This document shows, piece after piece, positions 25,124-32,000 of a stretch of 32,000 bases of DNA. This stretch comes from an uncultured Erysipelotrichaceae bacterium. GTDB lineage: Bacteria; Bacillota_I; Bacilli_A; Erysipelotrichales; Erysipelotrichaceae. The notes beneath the pieces are model-generated. The model did no database searches and had not been told where the DNA came from. It worked only from the letters and a program-made list of their open reading frames with translations. How positions within the stretch are numbered: position 1 is the stretch's first letter; each line of letters begins with the position of its first letter. Position numbers and translations under genes: made by a program. The stretch is from assembly GCA_942493105.1 (NCBI GenBank), contig OW818668.1, forward strand, positions 900,001 to 932,000. Reading direction: 5' to 3'.

Positions 25124-27088
25124 TTGACAGACTATGTCCCATTGATCATTTATAGTGTATTAGGTTTGATTTTTATCTATTTGTTTATCTTTCAGTTTCT
25201 TGGCTTACGCGTTATAAATTCCAATGAAGTGGCTGTTGTAGAAAAGTGGTGGAGCTTAAAAGGTTCCTTGAAAGATGCCATTATTGCCTTAGGTGGAGAA
25301 GCAGGTTATTCTCCAGATCTATTGCGTGGAGGCATTCATTTTAAGTCTGTATTTATGTATAAGATTCATCGTTATCCTTTGATTACGATTCCTCAAGGAC
25401 AAATTGCATATATTTTCGCAAGAGATGGGCAGCCTTTGCCACCTACTCAAACTTTGGGCAGAATTATAAAAGAAGCCAATAACTTCCAAAATGTCAGAGG
25501 ATTCTTACAAAATGGAGGACAAAGAGGACCACAACGCGGTATTTTACGTGAAGGGACTTATGCCATCAACTTAGCGCAGTTTATTGTTATCACACCAACT
25601 GAACTCAAGATGATTGATTCTACTCGTCGTCAAGAGCGTCAAGAGTTACAAAGTATGCAGAATACTTTACGTGAACGCGGTGCATTTGGACCGGTTGTCA
25701 TCATGGCCGAAAGAGACCAATTGGCAGATTTGATGGGTATCGTAACAGTTCATGATGGTTTGCCACTACAGTCTGGCGAAATCATTGCACCAAGTGTTGG
25801 TGAAGGTCATTCATCCTATCAAGATCCAGAAAAATTCCTTGAATTAGGTGGTCGTAGAGGGAAACAGATCCAGGTCTTGACCGATGGTACCTATTACATT
25901 AACCGACTTTTTGCTACCGTCGAATTTAAACCAAAAACTGTTGTTCCAATTGGTTTTGTTGGAGTTGTCGTTTCATTCTTTGGAATAGAAGGTAAAGATA
26001 TTACTGGAGAAGATTACCGACATGGTGAATTGGTTGCTGAAGGAAGCAAAGGGGTACTAGAAAAACCTTTGATGCCAGGCAAATATGCCTTTAATACGGA
26101 TGCTGGAAAAGTTGTTTTGGTTCCAACGACCAATATCATTCTTAAGTGGAATAAAGCAGAAACCGGTGATCATAAGTATGATGAAAACCTGACAGAAGTT
26201 GATATCATCACAAAAGATGCTTTTGAACCTGCTTTACCATTATCAGTTGTTATGCACATTGATTACAGACAAGCACCTTGGGTCATCCAACGTTTTGGTG
26301 ACATCAGTATGTTGGTCAATCAATCATTAGATCCACTTGTATCCGCATATTTTAAAGATGTAGCCCAAACAAAAACTTTGATTGAGCTCATCCAAGAACG
26401 TTCAGAAATCAGAGAACGTGCAGTTATGGAGATGAGAGCGAAGTTTATGAAATATAACCTTCAACTTGAAGAAGTGTTGATTGGGACCCCTCGTTCACTC
26501 ATCAACGATCCTATGATTGAAAATATTCTGACTCAGTTACGTGAACGTCAGATTGCTGAAGAAAAGAAAGTCACGTATGGAAAACAGCAACAAGCAGCTG
26601 AAAGCGAAAAATCCCTAAGAGAAGCACAAGCTACTGCTGAACAACAAGGTCTGTTGACGAAGTCTAAGATTCAGATTGAAGTTGAACGCAACAGTGGAGC
26701 TGCGATGGCCTCTAAAGCTGAACAAGAAGCCAATCAGATCGTAGCTTTGGCCAAAGCCAATGCGACTAAAGTAAGAGTCGAAGGGGAAGCTGAAGCCTCT
26801 AAAGAATCCAATGTAGGGTTAGCTAAAGCTCAAGCCATCGATGCTCAAGTTAAAGCGTATGGTGGTGCTGAGTATCGCGTTATGCAGGAAATTGCAGATA
26901 AACTTGCGGATGCGATCAAGAATGCTAAGGTAAATGTTGTTCCAAGTACTGTTGTCAATATGGGTTCACAAAATGGATCGGACAGTGAAAACATTGTAGA
27001 AGCATTATTAAAGCTGCTTACAATGAAACAACTCGGTGTTGAATTACCCAAGGCAACAGAAAAGAATCCTGAATCGATCATTAAATAA
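25124..27088 (+). CDS. Membrane-anchored SPFH (Band-7/flotillin-like) protein, 654 aa
   Basis: Track ORF 25088..27088. TM 'PLIIYSVLGLIFIYLFIFQFLGL'. Band-7-like core 'DIITKDAFEPALPLSVVMHIDY...LDPLVSAYFKDVAQTKTLIELIQERSEIRERAVMEMRAKF'. The C-terminal ~150 aa are rich in Ala, Glu, Gln and Lys, as in flotillin/YqiK. GGAGGT (25112-25117) lies 6 nt before in-frame TTG 25124. Confidence 0.75.
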   Translation: MTDYVPLIIYSVLGLIFIYLFIFQFLGLRVINSNEVAVVEKWWSLKGSLKDAIIALGGEAGYSPDLLRGGIHFKSVFMYKIHRYPLITIPQGQIAYIFARDGQPLPPTQTLGRIIKEANNFQNVRGFLQNGGQRGPQRGILREGTYAINLAQFIVITPTELKMIDSTRRQERQELQSMQNTLRERGAFGPVVIMAERDQLADLMGIVTVHDGLPLQSGEIIAPSVGEGHSSYQDPEKFLELGGRRGKQIQVLTDGTYYINRLFATVEFKPKTVVPIGFVGVVVSFFGIEGKDITGEDYRHGELVAEGSKGVLEKPLMPGKYAFNTDAGKVVLVPTTNIILKWNKAETGDHKYDENLTEVDIITKDAFEPALPLSVVMHIDYRQAPWVIQRFGDISMLVNQSLDPLVSAYFKDVAQTKTLIELIQERSEIRERAVMEMRAKFMKYNLQLEEVLIGTPRSLINDPMIENILTQLRERQIAEEKKVTYGKQQQAAESEKSLREAQATAEQQGLLTKSKIQIEVERNSGAAMASKAEQEANQIVALAKANATKVRVEGEAEASKESNVGLAKAQAIDAQVKAYGGAEYRVMQEIADKLADAIKNAKVNVVPSTVVNMGSQNGSDSENIVEALLKLLTMKQLGVELPKATEKNPESIIK

Positions 27089-27093
27089 GCTAT

Positions 27094-27124
27094 AAGAGTG
27101 CTCATTGAAAGAGCACTCTTTTTA
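27094..27124 (+). terminator. Strong rho-independent terminator after the SPFH gene
   Basis: AAGAGTGCTC (27094-27103) / GAGCACTCTT (27111-27120), a perfect 10-bp stem with a 7-nt loop, followed by a T run. Confidence 0.85.
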
Positions 27125-27242
27125 TCTTTAATCGAACTGTTTCAGATTCTCATAGAATTAAGTGTTAAATGTCCTTCACATAAAGGAAAAGACAGAAGCA
27201 CTCATGCAGGTGTATAATTAATCATAATGAAAGGCAGAGACT

Positions 27243-28664
27243 ATGAACGTAAAACCATCAACTTATTTAACAAGAATACATGATGATTTAAAGATCATCA
27301 TCGACGAATTAAGCATTCATTTTGATTACATATCCGTTTTAGCGACAGACTCCAAAGGAAAAGCTTATGGGGTCAGGACCCGTAGTATGGACATCCGAGA
27401 TTTTATGGGTGAACGAGGTATGGTTTTTAGAGCTGTTTGTCAAGGCAGAGTCGCTGAAGTATCCATCAATGATCTGAAGTTGGATGTCCCATTGGACGCC
27501 AGTCAGAAAATCATCGATCTTTTTAAGTCTCAGTTTGATCAACAAGCTCACTTTGATTCTGTATTGGTTGATTTGTCTACTGAAGAAAAAACCACACTAG
27601 ACATTTGTAAATCATATGAGATTCCTTTTGACACTAAGACTCCTGAAGAGAAGCTTAATCTTTTATCTGGGATCGTCAAAGAAGTTGGAGCTAAAGATGA
27701 ACGAATCGTCAATGCGGTGGTTCAGTATACGGAAGTCGTTGTTTCCAAATTGTTCATCTCCACTAAAAAAGACATGATGCAGACCTATCCTTGGTCTCAA
27801 GGTGCTATAGCAGCTTTAGGTAAAGGTGACAATGGTATCAAATTAGCCTATAAATCAGTCAGCGGAATGAAAGGACTTGAGCTTTTAGATGAACTGAGAG
27901 GCATCATCGATGAGGCTGTCAAGAACTTAGATGACACCTTAAAAGCTGGTACGATCATCCCTGGTGAATATGAAATCATTTGTACACCAGACATCACAGG
28001 ACTAATTGCTCATGAAGCTTTTGGACATGGGGTAGAAATGGACATGTTTGTTAAAAACAGAGCTCAAGCACCTCAATTCATCAATAAAGCTGTTGCATCG
28101 CCTTTAGTAGGCATGCATGATGGAGCTTTGGGTTATGAACAAGTATCTTCATATGCTTTTGATGATGAAGGCACCTTGGCTCATGACACAGTCATCATCG
28201 AAAATGGCATCTTGAAACAAGGCATCTGTGATGCGTTAAGTGCATCTCGTTTACACACGCTTCCTACCGGTAATGGTAAGCGTGAATCGTTTGAACGTAA
28301 AGCATATACAAGAATGACTTCAACTTATTTTACTGCTGGAAATGATAAGTTAGACGATATGATTGCTTCAGTTAAGAAAGGGTATTTGTTGGATGGGATG
28401 GAAAGCGGAATGGAAGATCCAAAGAACTGGGGAATCCAATGTGTATTATCCAGAGGCTATGAAATCATCGATGGGAAGTTCACTGGAAAAATCGTAGGTC
28501 CTATCATTTTAACCGGATATGTGATCGATCTATTAAAATCGATCTCTATGGTTTCTGAAAATGTTGAATTGATGGGATCTGGTTTTTGCGGTAAAGGTCA
28601 TAAAGAATGGGTTAAGACAGCCAATGGTGGTGCTCATATTAAAGCTACAGCGAGGTTAGGTTAA
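27243..28664 (+). CDS. tldD: TldD-like metallopeptidase (catalytic subunit)
   Basis: 473 aa. Zinc motif 'HEAFGHGVEMD', C-terminal 'GFCGKGHKEW'. Promoter-like AAGACA-N18-TATAAT at 27189-27218. Confidence 0.85.
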   Translation: MNVKPSTYLTRIHDDLKIIIDELSIHFDYISVLATDSKGKAYGVRTRSMDIRDFMGERGMVFRAVCQGRVAEVSINDLKLDVPLDASQKIIDLFKSQFDQQAHFDSVLVDLSTEEKTTLDICKSYEIPFDTKTPEEKLNLLSGIVKEVGAKDERIVNAVVQYTEVVVSKLFISTKKDMMQTYPWSQGAIAALGKGDNGIKLAYKSVSGMKGLELLDELRGIIDEAVKNLDDTLKAGTIIPGEYEIICTPDITGLIAHEAFGHGVEMDMFVKNRAQAPQFINKAVASPLVGMHDGALGYEQVSSYAFDDEGTLAHDTVIIENGILKQGICDALSASRLHTLPTGNGKRESFERKAYTRMTSTYFTAGNDKLDDMIASVKKGYLLDGMESGMEDPKNWGIQCVLSRGYEIIDGKFTGKIVGPIILTGYVIDLLKSISMVSENVELMGSGFCGKGHKEWVKTANGGAHIKATARLG

Positions 28665-29944
28665 TGAAACATCTAGAAAAAATCCTATTAGAATATCCTG
28701 AAATCAATGATTATGTCATCATCTCTAAACAAACAAAGAGTGCCGAATGGTTCTTTATCAAAGATAAACTGGATCAGTCTCGTCTTAAAGAAGTAACTTA
28801 TACATCGATCAAGCTTTTCGTAGATGATCTGACAGGTAAAACCAGAGGTCATGCGGAAGTTCTCATTTACCCGACCCATACGCAAGATGAGATCAAAACC
28901 ATGCTTCATGAGGCTGTAATCGGGGCTAAACTAATCAAAAATCAAGGCTATGCTTTGCCTGTAGAAAAAGATTTAGAATACAAACAACATGTTAAAGAAA
29001 ATATCGTAGAAACAGGACTTGAAATCATTGACTTTATTTTTGATACTGCCAGGAAAGCTCAAGGTGATCTCAACAGTTTCGAAGTTTTTGTAAATCACAA
29101 TACCATTGAGTTCCTCAATAAGAATGGACTTCATTTAAACTATTCAACTCAAGATTGTTATTTAGAAGTCATCGTCAATGCGAAAACTCCAACTCAAGAA
29201 ATTGAGCTTTATAAGGAATATCGCTTTGGAGCTCTGAATAAAGCAAGTTTAGCCAATCAGTTCAATGCCTTGTTTACAGAAGCCAAAGACAGAGCCAATG
29301 CTTTGCCTACCCCAAAACTTGAAAAGGCAGATTTGATCTTGTCTAATGATAACGTTGAAAGTTTACTTGGTGTTTATGAAGGATCAACCAATGCGGCAGC
29401 TTTATATAACCACATGAGTAATTTCACCATGGGTCAGAATCTTCAAGAAAATGCCCAAGGTGATAAGATCGAACTAACAATGCTGAGTGCTTTAGAAGGC
29501 TCAATCTACAATGCGCCTATTGATGGCGATGGAGTCATCTTAAAATCAACCAAAGTTATTGAGAAAGGTATCTTCACGAAAGCTTGGGGAGATGCTAGAC
29601 ATTCTTACTATATGGATCTACAGCCTTCTGGTCAGCTTAGAAATGCCAGTTTTAAAGGTGGATCAAAAACCATCAAAGAACTTGAAAGTGAAGATGCTTT
29701 AGAAGTCTTAGACTTCTCTAGTTTTATCGTTGATGATTCTACTGGAGACTTCAGCGGTGAGATCCGTTTAGGTTATACCATTAAGAATGGTCAAAAAACA
29801 GCCATCAGCGGAGGATCCATTTCCGGTAATCTGTTAGCACTTCATCATCAGTTATATTTGTCTAAAGAAACTCAGCGTGCTAATCGTTTTGAAGGTCCAG
29901 TCAAACTCAGACTTAATGGCGTCAGTGTCGCGGGCATACAATAA
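28664..29944 (+). CDS. TldE/PmbA-like partner subunit (no HExxH motif)
   Basis: 426 aa. C-terminal PmbA_TldD-like 'ISGGSISGNLL...GPVKLRLNGVSVAG'. No HExxH motif. TAATG overlap with the tldD stop. Confidence 0.75.
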   Translation: MKHLEKILLEYPEINDYVIISKQTKSAEWFFIKDKLDQSRLKEVTYTSIKLFVDDLTGKTRGHAEVLIYPTHTQDEIKTMLHEAVIGAKLIKNQGYALPVEKDLEYKQHVKENIVETGLEIIDFIFDTARKAQGDLNSFEVFVNHNTIEFLNKNGLHLNYSTQDCYLEVIVNAKTPTQEIELYKEYRFGALNKASLANQFNALFTEAKDRANALPTPKLEKADLILSNDNVESLLGVYEGSTNAAALYNHMSNFTMGQNLQENAQGDKIELTMLSALEGSIYNAPIDGDGVILKSTKVIEKGIFTKAWGDARHSYYMDLQPSGQLRNASFKGGSKTIKELESEDALEVLDFSSFIVDDSTGDFSGEIRLGYTIKNGQKTAISGGSISGNLLALHHQLYLSKETQRANRFEGPVKLRLNGVSVAGIQ

Positions 29945-29948
29945 ATAG

Positions 29949-29971
29949 ACGTCCCTTAAAGGACGTTTTTT
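29949..29971 (+). terminator. Rho-independent terminator after the TldD/E pair
   Basis: ACGTCC-CTTAAA-GGACGT followed by T6. Confidence 0.8.
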
Positions 29972-30022
29972 ATCAAGATTGATAAGCAACACAAGATCGA
30001 AAGATCATAAGCAAGGAGCTCT

Positions 30023-31366
30023 ATGTTTGATTTAAATTTCAATATCGATGCCTGGGTCAACCATGTCAAAGATCAGTTAAAACTCAATGCTACAGAACGG
30101 CATTTGTTGGAAGAACAGATTAGACAAAGAACCAAGGATCTATCACAGCAATGGTTAAGTGAAGAAGAAGCCTTCTTGATTGCAGTAAAGCGTGTTTCAC
30201 TTGAGCGAGGCTATCATCTTATGGTTGATGAGTCCTTGATTTGGAAGCAAGTCAGTATAAAACCCATGGAAAGACCTCTTGAATCAAATTCTTTGAGATC
30301 GATTCTTATGGTGGTTTTCTTTTCGCTTATTGCGGGAACCATGAGTAAATTACCCAGTTGGATTTGGTATGATTATCAAGGATTTGCTTATGAAATGATG
30401 GTGTTTAAGAACACAAGTTTATTTATCTTGCCTTTGGTTGCTTTGTATTTACTGATTCAACATAAAACCAGTCGAAAGATGCTGTTGACGATTTTAGGAA
30501 TCTTTGCGATGACGATCCTTTTGATCAATATCTATCCTTATACAGGACAGCGTCATACTGAAATCTTAACTGGACTACATGTTCCTTTATTAATGTGGTT
30601 GATCATAGGCGTAGCATATTTAGGCAATGAATTCAAGAATACGAAACGAAGAATGGACTTTATTCGTTTCTCAGGAGAAGCCTTTATTTATGGTGTTTTG
30701 ATTTTCTGTGGTTTGATGGTTCTGTCTTTGTTTATCCTGCTCATCTTCTCATCCATTCAAGTCGATGTATCCAATTTTGTAACAGAATATCTGATCGTTT
30801 ATGGTTCGTGTGCAGTTGTATTGGTAACGGTATATCAGGTTGAAAAGAAAAATCTCATGGAGAATTTCGCACCGATCTTGGCGAGAATCTTTAGTCCTTT
30901 GTTTTTGGTTTCTATGGTTTTGTTTCTGGTAACAATTCTACTTACAGGTCGTAATCCTTTGGTAGATCGAAATTATCTGATTGCTTTTGATGCGATGCTG
31001 GTCCTTGTGTTGGCACTGGTCCTCTATGTGATATCTGCTCGCAAAGAAAATGACAAGATTGGCACTTTTGATTATTTAAATATTGGACTCATCAGTGCTG
31101 CTTTGATCATTGATGGGATTGCGTTAGTTGAGATCATCATTCGATTGTCGACCATGGGCATCACTCCAAATAAAATGGCTGCCTTAGGTGAAAACATCGT
31201 GGTGTTTATCAATTTGGCAGGTTTGATTTTTGCTTATTATAAAATCATCAAACACAAAAACACCTTTGAGCAACTCGAGCGTTTTCAAACCAACTATTTA
31301 AATATTTATGCGGGCTGGCTTGCCTGTGTTGTGTTTATATTTCCACTGATCTTTGGATTCAACTAA
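30023..31366 (+). CDS. Polytopic membrane protein (~11 TM) with N-terminal soluble helical domain
   Basis: 447 aa. The first ~85 aa are helical ('ERHLLEEQIRQRTKDL...SEEEAFLIAVKRV', like 'permease prefix'-type N-domains), followed by about 11 hydrophobic helices. Possibly DUF4153-like, from memory only. AAGGAG SD. Confidence 0.6.
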   Translation: MFDLNFNIDAWVNHVKDQLKLNATERHLLEEQIRQRTKDLSQQWLSEEEAFLIAVKRVSLERGYHLMVDESLIWKQVSIKPMERPLESNSLRSILMVVFFSLIAGTMSKLPSWIWYDYQGFAYEMMVFKNTSLFILPLVALYLLIQHKTSRKMLLTILGIFAMTILLINIYPYTGQRHTEILTGLHVPLLMWLIIGVAYLGNEFKNTKRRMDFIRFSGEAFIYGVLIFCGLMVLSLFILLIFSSIQVDVSNFVTEYLIVYGSCAVVLVTVYQVEKKNLMENFAPILARIFSPLFLVSMVLFLVTILLTGRNPLVDRNYLIAFDAMLVLVLALVLYVISARKENDKIGTFDYLNIGLISAALIIDGIALVEIIIRLSTMGITPNKMAALGENIVVFINLAGLIFAYYKIIKHKNTFEQLERFQTNYLNIYAGWLACVVFIFPLIFGFN

Positions 31367-31388
31367 AAAACCACGACGTGGTTTTTTT
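31365..31388. terminator. Bidirectional terminator between convergent genes
   Basis: AAACCAC-GAC-GTGGTTT stem flanked by an A run (31365-31370) and a T run (31382-31388). Confidence 0.8.
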
Positions 31389-32000
31389 AGTTATTGGTGG
31401 TAGATTGACGTAATACTTTTTCTATGAACAAATCAGCCAAATGTGGATCAAATTGTGTTCCCATATTACGTTTAATTTCTTCTATGGCTTCTTCTCGTGA
31501 CTTACGAGGCTTATATGAACTTTGAGTAATCATCGTATCATAACTATCTGCGATCGCAATGATACGGGCTGCGGTTGGGATTTCTTCCCATGTGATCCCT
31601 GAGGGATAACCAGAACCGTCATATCGTTCATGATGATATAGGATTGCTTTCCCAACATCATTCATGGCATCTGTATTGCCTACGACTTTGGCTCCGATTT
31701 CGGTGTGTGATTTGACTTGTTCCCATTCATCAATGGTCAATGGGGTTTTCTTTTGAAGGATATCGGTACTGATCGCAATCTTACCTATGTCGTGAAGCAA
31801 ACCAGCTAAAGTTAATTTTTGAATATCATCTTTATTCAACTTTAAGGCATGTCCCATTTCTTGACACAAGAAACTTACACGCTTGGCATGTTGTTCTTCA
31901 TAGGGGATCTTACTAAATAGAGTGGCCGCAATTACATCGATGATGTCTTTACGGCTTCTTTCGCCTTCTTTCGCCTTTGCCTTATACATTGCATCTTCAG
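31387..32000 (-). CDS. HD-GYP c-di-GMP phosphodiesterase domain protein, 5'-truncated by the window edge (probably a GGDEF + HD-GYP fusion)
   Basis: 'LLHDIGKIAI' and 'HHERYDGSGYP' form the HD-GYP signature. The frame stays open upstream of Met 31989 (...EDA). 'EDAMYKAKAKEGERSR' resembles the C-terminal AD-x-A-L/M-Y-x-AK-x-x-G-R end of a GGDEF domain. Confidence 0.8.
   Translation of the reverse strand, partial: EDAMYKAKAKEGERSRKDIIDVIAATLFSKIPYEEQHAKRVSFLCQEMGHALKLNKDDIQKLTLAGLLHDIGKIAISTDILQKKTPLTIDEWEQVKSHTEIGAKVVGNTDAMNDVGKAILYHHERYDGSGYPSGITWEEIPTAARIIAIADSYDTMITQSSYKPRKSREEAIEEIKRNMGTQFDPHLADLFIEKVLRQSTTNN

Noticed and set aside
26845-28909. Minus-strand ORFs 26845..27105, 27339..27551 and 28688..28909
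   Set aside because: Antisense to the SPFH, tldD and tldE genes. The first also runs through the SPFH terminator.
1-32000. CRISPR arrays, tRNA/rRNA genes, IS elements, integrases, prophage or known defence-system genes
   Set aside because: I saw no spaced direct-repeat arrays, no GC-rich cloverleaf-sized intergenic segments, and no transposase, integrase, recombinase, restriction or helicase-nuclease type ORFs in the six-frame track.

Overview
AT-rich, Bacillota-like chromosomal segment (strong AGGAGG-type Shine-Dalgarno (SD) sites, DegV and DUF1836 genes, guanine-riboswitch pur operon) with about 29 protein genes. I see no rRNA, tRNA, CRISPR array, transposase or integrase. 1-10 kb holds mixed housekeeping genes: HD hydrolase, DUF1028 protein, deoxynucleoside kinase, lipoprotein plus DUF2804-like protein, two DegV paralogs, DUF1836, Cof-type HAD hydrolase, ABC-F ATPase and a YhhN-like membrane protein. 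10.1-22.05 kb holds a guanine-type purine riboswitch with its terminator, followed by a tightly coupled purE-purK-purL(single chain)-purC-purF-purM-purN-purH-purD operon. purM is split by a 1-nt deficit in a T run (18288-18291). 22.1-32 kb looks accessory. It holds an Imm-5-like helical protein overlapping an AadK-type ANT(6) nucleotidyltransferase, a hemerythrin plus alpha/alpha-toroid-repeat pair, a 654-aa SPFH/flotillin-like membrane protein, a TldD/TldE peptidase pair, an ~11-TM protein, and a convergent GGDEF/HD-GYP gene cut by the window edge. The best second-look candidates are the SPFH-TldD/E neighbourhood, the coupled Imm-5-like/ANT(6) pair and the hemerythrin/toroid pair. Others are a micro-ORF plus terminator just ahead of the riboswitch, and a recurrent '-10 hexamer + 6 nt + ATG' (leaderless-looking) layout at four SD-less genes. 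I recognise no known defence or mobile system. All family assignments come from motif recognition by eye, not from database searches.
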